From contig CAWFKQ010000007.1 in assembly GCA_963816395.1 (NCBI GenBank), positions 352,001-416,000 on the forward strand: DNA of 64,000 nucleotides, in the 5' to 3' direction. Source of the DNA: an uncultured delta proteobacterium (lineage in GTDB: Bacteria; Desulfobacterota; Desulfuromonadia; Desulfuromonadales; JACZKF01). The notes under the pieces are model-generated. The model searched no databases. It saw only the letters and a list, made by a program, of their open reading frames with translations, and was not told where the DNA came from. Both the position numbers and the translations under genes were made by a program. Shown piece by piece: positions 11,077-19,857 of this stretch (positions are counted from its first letter, which is position 1; every line of letters starts with the position of its first letter).

Positions 11077-12018
11077 TCAGTTCACCCCGGCTAACGGAAT
11101 TTTACCGATGCACTCGATAGCCTTCCGAACCAGATCGGGAGTTATTCTCATATTGCTGTTCAGCATCTCGAGGCGGATCTCTTCCAGGGAATCCACATAG
11201 TATTTTCTAGGGAGATACTGCATCCCGGCCAGCAGCAAAACAGTGAGCAACAGTCCGGATAAAACTGTACTCCGGATTTTCGGTACAAGGATCCGCATGA
11301 TTCCGTGCGCCCGCGCCCTATCGCGGAAGTATTGCACCCTCTTCGGAAGGGGTCTTTTCCGGACCGGCTGCCGACATGACCAGAACGCGTCATGGGCAGC
11401 AATGATCCACATCAGAAGCGAAATAGGCAGAACCAGAAGAGCAGCGACCAGGTAGATTTCAAAAGCAAACCTGTCGGGGCTGGTCTTGAGGACGGACCAG
11501 GCGCCCTGGGAAACGGTCAACACGACTGCGGAGAAGGTCCCCAGCAGGCCGAACAGGAGAAAGAAGACACCCTTTTTGGGCTGGCCGTTCAGGAACTGGC
11601 CCCAGCCGGGATAAAGAAGGGAGCAGAGCAGGGGCCAGAATTCATTGTCCACCCCCCGAAAAAGCTCGAACCTTATACTTGCCGTCCTGTAATAGGCGTC
11701 GACGGCGTTGAACAGCCAGGCAACAAGGCCGCCGGCAAGAAAGATCACCAAACCGAAGATGACGAGGGACGCCGGGATGTAGAACTCGGAGATAAACCGG
11801 CCTACGGAATACCGGAACGCAATAAGGGCCGACAGGGCTGAATAGAACAAAAGCATGGATGCCATGTATACCGATCCTGGACGGTATTCCCGGATATACA
11901 TATGCCCGCTTCCCCATATGAGCATCGAAAAGCTGAACGACAGCGCCGGACTTCTCTGCGAGGCAATGGGACCAAGGGACTTTTTTATCGGGCTCTTTGC
12001 CGGAGATTGGTCAATCAA
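11077..12018 (-). CDS. Multi-pass membrane protein of unknown function with an internal duplication
   Basis: Several hydrophobic segments. Two related motifs (SMLIWGSGHMY, SLLYPGWGQFLNGQPKKG), each followed by a W..xAxDA(Y/F) motif. Confidence 0.7.
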   Translation of the reverse strand: MIDQSPAKSPIKKSLGPIASQRSPALSFSFSMLIWGSGHMYIREYRPGSVYMASMLLFYSALSALIAFRYSVGRFISEFYIPASLVIFGLVIFLAGGLVAWLFNAVDAYYRTASIRFELFRGVDNEFWPLLCSLLYPGWGQFLNGQPKKGVFFLLFGLLGTFSAVVLTVSQGAWSVLKTSPDRFAFEIYLVAALLVLPISLLMWIIAAHDAFWSCRQPVRKRPLPKRVQYFRDRARAHGIMRILVPKIRSTVLSGLLLTVLLLAGMQYLPRKYYVDSLEEIRLEMLNSNMRITPDLVRKAIECIGKIPLAGVN

Positions 12019-12130
12019 CCGGCTTTTTGCCGGGCTCCATTCCTGCCATGGTCATCGATGACCCAGACCTTTTGACTCATATCTGCGCCTCTTTTCGAAA
12101 ATCGATTTTAAGTTCTGTAAGTACTTTTAT

Positions 12131-12201
12131 TTTAACACGAGGCGCAGAGGCACCTGAGACCTGTACATCGAGCCTCTGCGTCTCCGCGCCTCCGCGTTAA
12201 A
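12131..12201. repeat. Short palindromic MITE-like element
   Basis: TTTAACACGAGGCGCAGAGG ... CCTCTGCGTCTCCGCGCCTCCGCGTTAAA inverted ends, right after the stop of the AgmX-like gene. Confidence 0.6.
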
Positions 12202-12206
12202 GCCCT

Positions 12207-13634
12207 TCAGGTGGCGGGCAGGAAATCGATCGGGTACAGAATGGTCGTCTTCGGCACGTCGTCCTTCGGACCGAAATTGAACTTCTGGACCCGGTCGACA
12301 ATCTGGGCCACCAGCTCAGGCGAGGCCAGATCGGTGGACTCCACTTTGCATGCGGACACTTCACCACCCGGTTCGATGGTGATTCGCAGCAGCATCTTCC
12401 CGCGCAGTGTCGGGTCTTTGCGCAGCTCCTTGTTGTAGATCCGATAGAGCGCCGCCTTGTACCGATCGAACACGATCTGGATTTCCTCGTCGGTTCGGCC
12501 CGGACCCGGCCCGTCGCTCAGCGGCCGCGATTCTCCCGCCAGCCCCGCCACGGCACTTGCTACCCGGGTAATGCCCACGCCGCCGATTCGCCCGGCATTG
12601 CCACTTCCACCGTTTCCGCCGCTTCCGAGATTCCGGCTGAACGCCGCATTGCCGATGCCGCCGCTGGAGCCCTGCCCCCGCAAAGCCACCAGCGAGCGCT
12701 GCGCCCGGGCCTGCCCCGCCGCCTGCGGGGCCTCTTTGCTCAAGCGGGCCTCGGTGCCGAGTTTGGCAACGGGAGTTTCGTCCACCAGATCGGCAAAGGA
12801 ACTCTTGAATGCCAGGACGCCGGTCTTTTCGGCTTTTTTCCGCGCTACCTGCACGTCTCCGGCGGGCGCCGCTTTCGGCTGTTCCTTCGCCGGGCTCTTC
12901 GGGGTTTGGGCCGGTTTTTCAGGTTTTTCCCGATCAGGCTCGGTTTTTTTCTTCTCTTCCCGGGGCCGCACCGGCACCGGCTCCGGCTTGGGTTCCTTCT
13001 TGACCAGCATGGCCAGCCGCTCAGGGATTTCGACAACCACCGCCGAGCGATCCGGGATGGGGATCTTCACCAGGGGAGTGAGATAGCCAAAGATAATGGC
13101 CAGGAGGAGCGAGACGAGCAGGGCGCGGCGGAACTGACTTTCGCTCTCCCCCTCGGTGGTCCAGGGCATGATCGACAGGCGGTAGGGAATGGGCGAAATC
13201 TCCCGCTCGATGACGAACTCTTCCTGCCGCCGCTCTTCACGGCCGTACGCCTGGCGTACCTCTTCGTACAGATAGTCGAGTTCGTCGAGACGTTGGTCGA
13301 CCTGCGCCTTGAGGGATTCCCGTTTCTCCTGAATTCCCCGGATGCCCTGCGCAAAGCCGGCAACACGCTCCCGCAGCCACTCCAGATGCCCGGCGGTTTC
13401 CCTGGCCTCCGGCACTCCTTCCCAAAAGAGCTCCTCCGCTCCCAGTTCGGCCAGCCTGCCGAGAGCATTGCAGACATCCTGCAAGGCGTCGAAGCGCTGT
13501 TTATCGGCGGAAAATGTCTCGAGCTCTGCCTCTACCACCCGCAGCTCATCTTCGAGCAACTTGATTTTCCCTCGTGTCTGCTCGATCTGCGCGTTCAGGG
13601 GCGCCAATTCCTGTGCTAATAAGGAGGTATTCAC
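12207..13634 (-). CDS. TonB-like protein with AgmX/PglI C-terminal domain (GltG-like): N-terminal coiled coil, single TM, Pro/Lys-rich and Gly-rich linker
   Basis: C-terminus RTDEEIQIVFDRYKAALYRIYNKELRKDPTLRGKMLLRITIEPGGEV...YPIDFLP. TM ALLVSLLLAIIFGYL. Linker EPKPEPVP. Confidence 0.85.
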   Translation of the reverse strand: MNTSLLAQELAPLNAQIEQTRGKIKLLEDELRVVEAELETFSADKQRFDALQDVCNALGRLAELGAEELFWEGVPEARETAGHLEWLRERVAGFAQGIRGIQEKRESLKAQVDQRLDELDYLYEEVRQAYGREERRQEEFVIEREISPIPYRLSIMPWTTEGESESQFRRALLVSLLLAIIFGYLTPLVKIPIPDRSAVVVEIPERLAMLVKKEPKPEPVPVRPREEKKKTEPDREKPEKPAQTPKSPAKEQPKAAPAGDVQVARKKAEKTGVLAFKSSFADLVDETPVAKLGTEARLSKEAPQAAGQARAQRSLVALRGQGSSGGIGNAAFSRNLGSGGNGGSGNAGRIGGVGITRVASAVAGLAGESRPLSDGPGPGRTDEEIQIVFDRYKAALYRIYNKELRKDPTLRGKMLLRITIEPGGEVSACKVESTDLASPELVAQIVDRVQKFNFGPKDDVPKTTILYPIDFLPAT

Positions 13635-13645
13635 GGAATCCTCAC

Positions 13646-14140
13646 CTAGGTTTGCGAGGCCTTCTGGTTGACCGCGAGGGAAATCCTCCCGTATCCAGAA
13701 TCCGTGCAGGTGGTCATTATTTTTTTAAGCACACTGAAGGGAATCGTTTTGTCCGCCAGAAGGGTGATTTCCTTGCTCTCGACGGCCGATTTGGTGCTAA
13801 TCCCGATGATGTTGCGTTCCAGTTGCGCCAAACGCTCTGTGATCGCCGGGATGATCTCCTTCCTGGTTGCCAGCAGTTCACGCGTGCTGATCACGGCTTC
13901 ACCCTGAACCACCACGCTTTCCGGAGTGACCATAATCACCACCGTTTCCCTTGGCTTGGCCTCGACCACGGAATCGGGCAGCTTGATCTGCCTGGGCGTC
14001 GTCAGAACTTCACTGGCAGAGGAGTTGGCGAGCAGGAAGAACACCAGAATGGTGAAGACATCCATCAGCGACGTCAGGTTCAGACCCATCACCTTTTTCC
14101 GGTTGCGTTCCATCCGTCTGATGCGTCGGCTGGCCCTCAT
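13646..14140 (-). CDS. ExbD/TolR-family protein (AglQ/AglS-like)
   Basis: TM LNLTSLMDVFTILVFFLL with the conserved Asp. Periplasmic motif ADKTIPFSVLKKIMTTC. Confidence 0.9.
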   Translation of the reverse strand: MRASRRIRRMERNRKKVMGLNLTSLMDVFTILVFFLLANSSASEVLTTPRQIKLPDSVVEAKPRETVVIMVTPESVVVQGEAVISTRELLATRKEIIPAITERLAQLERNIIGISTKSAVESKEITLLADKTIPFSVLKKIMTTCTDSGYGRISLAVNQKASQT

Positions 14141-14628
14141 GGCGCGTCTCCAATGGATATGTTGGGGAAGAGCACCAGATTCTGAGTCTCTTCACTCCCC
14201 GCTTCCCGTACTTCGGCGCCTCGTACCGTATCCATGACCTGAACCAGATGGTCGTATTCGATTTCCGGTTCCATCAGGACCGTCGCATCATCCTTCTGCG
14301 GGTAATCGGCCTTCAGGCGGGTGAGCATTTCGGCCAGCTTCTGCAAATCGTATTTTTCGTCTTTCTTGGGGATCGCCGCGACCACGTTTGTCCCGTTGGC
14401 AAGCTCCAGCCCTGATTTACGGACGATCACCTCGATACTGAAGTTCGGCTTGCTCACTGCCGCCCCGCCGGCGGCGGTCGGCACCCGCAACTCCATGATG
14501 GTCACGCGCGAAAATACAGCGCTGAGGAGCAGGAAAGGTACAAGCACCACCATAAGGTTCATGAAGGTCGTGATATCCAGTTCAGGGGCTTCTTTCATCC
14601 GCCGTCTGTAATGATGTCGTCTGGCCAT
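14137..14628 (-). CDS. Second ExbD/TolR-family protein (AglQ/AglS-like)
   Basis: TM ELDITTFMNLMVVLVPFLL. Motif EPEIEYDHLVQVMDTVR. Confidence 0.9.
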   Translation of the reverse strand: MARRHHYRRRMKEAPELDITTFMNLMVVLVPFLLLSAVFSRVTIMELRVPTAAGGAAVSKPNFSIEVIVRKSGLELANGTNVVAAIPKKDEKYDLQKLAEMLTRLKADYPQKDDATVLMEPEIEYDHLVQVMDTVRGAEVREAGSEETQNLVLFPNISIGDAP

Positions 14629-14630
14629 GT

Positions 14631-15284
14631 TCAGCTCACCTGGAATTGGCGCTTGGCCGTATTGGAGATATTGTTGAGCGCCTTGACCGATGCCATCTCC
14701 AGGCTGTCGACGATCTGGCCCGTGGTCGAAGTCAATTTGGCATGGATAATCATCAGAGGAATGGCGACGATCAGCCCAAATGCCGTGGTGTTCATGGCGA
14801 CCGAGATGCTGGCTGAGAGCAGGTCGGCCTTCTCGGCGGGGTTCGCATGGGCGACCGCGGTGAACGCCTCGATCAGGCCCATGATGGTGCCGAGCAGTCC
14901 GAGCAGGGTGGCGATATTCGAGAGCAGGCCCAGGTAGGGCGTCCTCTTTTCAAGCTGCGGGATGATCTCCATCATGCTCTCTTCCATAGCGATCTCGATG
15001 TCTTCCCGACGCCGAACCGCGCCCTCGCGCGCCAGTCCCATTCCCAGCATTTGCGAGATGGTGGATTTGTCCTCGTTGACTATTTCCCGCGCCTTGTCGA
15101 ACTCACCCTCGATCAGCAACGGGTGCAGCTGGTTCCAGATCTTGCGATTTGCGCTCCGGATGCGGTTCAACTGGATCCAGCGCTCGATCGAGATGGCCGC
15201 GCCGACCGCAAACACGAGCAGGATCGGGTACATGAACAACCCGCCCTTTTGGAAAAACGCCACTACCGAATAGATGGATCCCAT
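14631..15284 (-). CDS. MotA/TolQ/ExbB proton-channel protein (AglR-like)
   Basis: Motifs GGLFMYPIL, IATLLGLLGTIMGLIEAF, ISVAMNTTAFGLIVAIP. RBS GGAGG before ATG 15284. Confidence 0.92.
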   Translation of the reverse strand: MGSIYSVVAFFQKGGLFMYPILLVFAVGAAISIERWIQLNRIRSANRKIWNQLHPLLIEGEFDKAREIVNEDKSTISQMLGMGLAREGAVRRREDIEIAMEESMMEIIPQLEKRTPYLGLLSNIATLLGLLGTIMGLIEAFTAVAHANPAEKADLLSASISVAMNTTAFGLIVAIPLMIIHAKLTSTTGQIVDSLEMASVKALNNISNTAKRQFQVS

Positions 15285-15356
15285 TGCTTTCCTCCGCTTG
15301 ATAAAGTTGGTTTGTCTCCGGGGCAACCCCCGGCTTGCCACATTGCATTTAAAAGC

Positions 15357-15676
15357 TCAATTCCGATGCCCCGATGCCGGCTGAGGGGAAGTTGCTTGCG
15401 CGGTGCTGATCTCGTAAAAATCCAGCTGCCGCATGAAGACGTCCGGATCGAGCGGCACGCCCGTCTCGTTCAGCATCTTGTTCAGGCTGGTCTCCACCCC
15501 GAGTTCGGAGCTTTTCCAGGGAACGATGTAGAGGGATTTCGGGGCCTCGTCGTTACCGACGATCGACATGCCCGAGAGCTCTTTGGGTTCGGCTGTTTTC
15601 TTGCCGTTGTCCTGGGCCAGGGCCACGGCGACGGCAACAGGAGCAGGCAGAGACCGAGCGCCAGATTTCGATGCAT
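15357..15676 (-). CDS. Small exported protein, GltF-like; frameshift in the signal peptide near 15630
   Basis: AGGAGG RBS, then MHRNLALGLCLLLLP. Continues in another frame as VAVALAQD...MSIVGNDEAPKSLYIVPWK...PLDPDVFMRQL, a motif I recognise from small proteins of TPR/TolQR clusters. Confidence 0.65.
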
Positions 15677-15696
15677 CGCCACCTCCTTGCGGGTCT

Positions 15697-15736
15697 GCCG
15701 GGTCCGATCGGACGGATCGGTCTGATCCAACGCGGC
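15697..15736. repeat. GATC 9-bp-period palindromic element (3 units)
   Basis: GCCGGGTCC GATCGGACG GATCGGTCT GATCCAACG CGGC. Confidence 0.8.
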
Positions 15737-15753
15737 CAGGAGAAATCGTTTTT

Positions 15754-16466
15754 CTACTTGCGCCCGATGCCGCAGGCGCAGGTCCGCCACCCACATCTTT
15801 ACCTGCGCATCGCCGGGTATGGCCTTGCTGTAAATTTCGTACTGGTCGAGGGCACATGTCTGATCGTTCAGATACAGGTCGCAGAGAATCCCGAGATTCC
15901 TGCGCGCCGGAAGATATTCCGGGAAGGCCGCGAGCGTCTTTTCATAGACGGCCCGGGCCTCGGCAAAACGACCTGTCCGGCGAAGCAGCAAACCGTATTC
16001 ATTGCTCGCCACCGGGTGCGCGGGAACCAGGCCCAGCGCCGTCTTCAGATGCTGCTCGGCCTGCTCCAGCTTGTTGACCCGCTCGTAGGCCTGCGCAATG
16101 TCGATATAAGGCGCCGTGACTCCCGGAGACCGCTCGATCACCTTTTCCAGAAGCCCGATAGCCCCCTCATTGTCCCCCGCCTTCAGCATGCCGACGGCGC
16201 GCGCGAAGTCGTCGCGCGACTGGGCATCCATCCGGGGCGTTTCCGTGATAAGGAATCCTTCCCGGCCATCCATGAGCCGCGCCACCGAGGGCCCGGCAGC
16301 GGTGGCTTCAGCAGCCGCCGGGGATTCCGCGGCAGCTGGCTCCGGCTTGACTTTGCCGCCGGTTGCGCACCCGGCAAGTACCGACAGACACCAGCGACAA
16401 GACCGTTATGCCGGTGCGCGTTCGTGCTTTTGAGCACTGAAACAGCTGTGTTTCCCTCTGCATCAT
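15754..16466 (-). CDS. TPR lipoprotein (GltE/AglT-like), frameshifted near 16380 and 15770
   Basis: Lipobox VLAGC-ATG after a frame change. TPRs and motif ARRNLGILCDLYL in ORF 15482..16285. Probable true end LRLRIGRK-stop at 15754. Confidence 0.75.
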
Positions 16467-16476
16467 CGCTTCCCGT

Positions 16477-19400
16477 CTATGGTGGCATTTTCGGGATCCG
16501 ACAGATCGGTCGGGTCGGACTGATCTGTCGGATCAGATCGGACTTCGTAGGGGCGGCCCTTGTGGCCGCCCTGGGCAGGGATAAGACCGGCCCCTGCGAT
16601 GGGGGTTTGACCTGCGTCAGACCCAGAAGGCTTTTCGGCCTGGCTCGGTGTCCTCTCGTTCGGCTTCGGCCTGCTCGGTTATCGGCCGGCGCCGGCTCCT
16701 TCCCGGGCTGCGCGGCTGGCTCTGCGGGTATTCCCTCCGCAACCGGGGCCTGCTTTTCGGGTCTCCGGCGGCGAGGGGCTGCCGGCCTGTCGATTGCGAA
16801 CAGGTACGTATCGAGCGAAGCGACGGGGCCGCTGGCCTCTTCCGGCTTGTCATAGCGGGCCGGTACGAGCTTGGCCAATTTCTGCAGGCTCTTGTCGATC
16901 CATTCGTTGTAGATGCCCTGGGAGATCAGCTGGAGATTTTTCTCGTGGATTTCGATGGACTTCTCCTCGAACGGATAGGCCTGCTCTTCGATGGCCAGAT
17001 TGTACTGCTCCAGCTCCAGGGGGCTCAGCCCTTCGGGACGCTCGGACTTCGTCAGGGACTTGCTGAAATGGCCATAGATCTCGGCCAGGTAGAATGTGGC
17101 CGCGGCAGTGACCTCCCCGACCTGATAATCCAGTAGGCTGCTGAATTCCCGCGTAGCCGCCTTCATCAGGTCCCGCTTCTTGCGCAGATTGACCTCAAGG
17201 GGTTTTTCCAGCCTGACCTGCACGAACTGGTCATATCTGACCTCGGCCAGCACCAGGGCGGCCTGCGCGGCAAGATAGCGGGTCCGGGCGGTCCGCGCGC
17301 TCCCCGCAGAGGCATCGATGGCAACGATCTGCCTGAGTTCGTCCAGATAGTTTTTCCATTCCTCCTGCGACTTCAGGATGGTGGCGATTTTGTTGCGTGT
17401 TTCCAGGTTGGCCTCCACCGGCGCCGGGAAATAGTTCACGTAGCGCCGGTAAACATCGAGGGCGCGGGCGCTGTTGCCCGCCTGTTCATGCAGCTGGGCG
17501 GCGACCAGGAGCGCCTCCCGTCGGACCTCGTCGTCCTTCGATTCCTGTTCAATGCGTTCATATTCATCGGCCGCCAGGGAAAGCTTGCCCTCTTCCTTGT
17601 AGACATAGGCGATCTTCTTGGTCACCTCGGGCTGCAGCTGATTGCCGGGGAAAGCCTCGCGGAAACCTGTCAGCACGGTGGCCGCCATTTCCCAGTCCTT
17701 GACCTCGATCAGGGCGGCGGCGGCATCGTATTCGGCGTTCGGCCTGATCTTGGAGGTGGGCGCCAGCCGGCCTACCCGCAGAAAGTGGTCCGCGGCCGCC
17801 CGGAAATCACCCTTTGCTCTCGCCTGTTCCCCCTGCTTGTAAATCGACGCCGCGAGATTGTCGATCAGGGCATCGCGCGTCTTGTCCCCGGGCGGCAGCA
17901 GCGTCAGGACCTTCCCATAGGCGGTTTCGGCCTCGCCGTAGTTCAGAAGCTCGTAGGAGGAATGGCCGACGACCAGCCAGGCGGAGCGCATGACCTCGAC
18001 ATCGGCGCCGGGGAAGACCTCGATGAGCTTGCGCGCGGCGGCCAGCGCCTGCGCATACTCCTTCATGCCGTAGAGATCGTCCGCGGCCGCCCCGAGGACG
18101 ATCGCCGCCTTCTCGTGCTCCGGGAAGGTTTCGGCGAATTTCAGGGAGCTGCGTACCACCTCCCGCCTGACCTGGTCCTTGTCGGCCGGGGCGGCCGCGG
18201 CGAGATGCTGCCGGTAGGCATACACCGCCGCGTAGCCGGCCGTGGAGGATTTCGCATGGCGAGGGTAGTCGTACGCGGTCTTCTCGTATTCCACCGCCGC
18301 CTCGCGGAAGGAGCGGTTTTCCAGAAGAAGATCCGCCAACTCGTAATTGATCCCCGGCGATTCGCTATCCTGCGGGAAGGAAACGAGGAATTCCCGATGC
18401 CAGTGCAGCGCCTCGGCGAAATTCGCCGGCTTCTCTTCGGCGTGCCGCGGGTCCTGGTACAGGGCGTGGTAATGGTTCGCCAGGTCTTTCAGGTTGGTTT
18501 TCAGGTAACCGAGGACCTCCGGATAGTCGCCCGGCTGGAAATGCTGCCAGTATTCGGCCTGCAGGCCGTACTTCCTGGCGAATTCCTTTTTCGCGTCGAT
18601 GACCAGACTGGGGAAGCCGCCCGCCATATCGATCTCGATGACCCGCATGAGGAAGTGCGGGGACATCTTATGGAAAGGGTTGCGGTTCGACAAAGGCGTT
18701 GTAGGTGGCGACGGCGTCGCTGTAGCGCCGCTTGTCGAAATAATATTCGCCCAGGTTGCGATAGACGCCGTCCTCGTAAGTGCGCCGCCCGTGCCGCGAG
18801 AAGTAGTCCGCCACGGCATCGGCGCCGCCCAGATAGGAGAAACTCAGGCTGATGACGCGGAAGGTGTCTTCCATGCGCTTGCGTTCCGGCTCGTCCTTGG
18901 TCTGCGCGAAGTCGTATCCCACGGACACCTTGTAATCGAGCAGCGCAATGAATTTGTCCAGGGCCTCCGGGTAGAGTTCCTGCTTGTAGAAGGTCCAGCC
19001 CAGTTTGTACAGGGCGAGCTGAAAGAAGGAGGAACCGACGCCGATATCCACGATGGCCGTGTAGGCTTCCTCGGCGTCCAGATAGCGCCGGCGCGTAAAG
19101 AAGTATTCGGCCCGCCGGAACTGCACTTCGTCGAGATAACGGGACCGCGGGAAATCGTGAACCAGCCGGTTCATGACCTGCATGGCCTCGTCGATCCGCC
19201 CCAGCTCCTCATAGGCACGCGACATCTGGTAGAGCACCTGGTCGTTGCGCTCGTAGTGCGGGTATTCCTTGAGCAGTTTCCGGTAGAGAGCGATGCGCCT
19301 CCAGCGGCCCCGCCTTTTCCAGATCGTCGCCCCCCGGCGCCGGGGCGCCCGTAGCGGCTGCCGCGCCGGCCACCGGCAGGCTGCCGGCCGCCCGCCTCTC

Positions 19401-19857
19401 GAAATGCGGCGTCGGACTCAGAATCCCCTCCCCTTCAAGGGGAGGGCCAGGGTGGGGATGGGGTTCATCAATCCCACCCTCACCCCGGCCCTCTCCCTGA
19501 GGGAGAGGGAGCCTTCTGGGACATAAGTTGGGCTGAGTTGACGCCTGTGCCCGTCAGGGCAGAGGGGGTCTTTTCCCCGCCCGCCGGCTCATCGCCCGGG
19601 GTGAGCAGGCCGTATTCCCTCTCGACCTTCAGGTCGGCCAGGCGGCGGATGGCCTCGGGAGCCAGGGCCGAGTCCGGCGCTTCCTGCAGAAAACGCTGAT
19701 AACTCTCCATCGCTTTTTCGAGACCGCCGGCGGCTTCCTCTTCCTTGATTTCGATATGCACGTTCCGCAACTGGGCGATCGTCCCCTGGTTGTCGGCCGC
19801 CGTACAGGCAGCAAGAAACAGCGGCAGCGCGAACAGGACAAGTCGGATCCGGCTCAT
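16477..19857 (-). CDS. Large TPR lipoprotein (GltD/AgmU-like, ~1,050-1,100 aa), split by indels and a palindromic insertion
   Basis: N-terminal lipobox FLAAC (19480..19857). TPR segments in 18668..19237 and 16477..18819. C-terminal motif LELEQYNLAIEEQAYPFEEKSIEIHEKNL. 3' end uncertain (16477 or ~16617). Confidence 0.8.
16495..16543. repeat. GATC 9-bp-period element (5 units, lacking GCCGCG ends)
   Basis: GATCCGACA GATCGGTCG GGTCGGACT GATCTGTCG GATCAGATCGGAC. Confidence 0.7.
16547..16597. repeat. GTAG-family REP doublet
   Basis: GTAGGGGCGGCCCTTGTGGCCGCCC followed by a degenerate inverted partner ending GCCCCTGC. Confidence 0.7.
19408..19545. mobile_element. 138-bp composite palindromic insertion (REP doublet within terminal inverted repeats) inside the TPR gene
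   Basis: Ends GGCGTCGGACTCAG and CTGAGTTGACGCC. Inner CCCCTCCCCTTCAAGGGGAGGG...GGGTGGGG and CCCTCACCCCGGCCCTCTCCCTGAGGGAGAGGG. Confidence 0.7.

Noticed and set aside
13646..15284. Flagellar MotAB stator or an iron-uptake TonB-ExbBD system
   Set aside because: No flagellar genes and no TonB-dependent receptor. Two ExbD paralogues plus TPR and AgmX genes fit the Agl-Glt-like arrangement better.
19480..19482. TGA in the TPR gene as selenocysteine or read-through (strong hairpins nearby)
   Set aside because: The hairpins belong to the REP insertion, and the downstream coding sequence is in a different frame, so read-through would not restore the protein.
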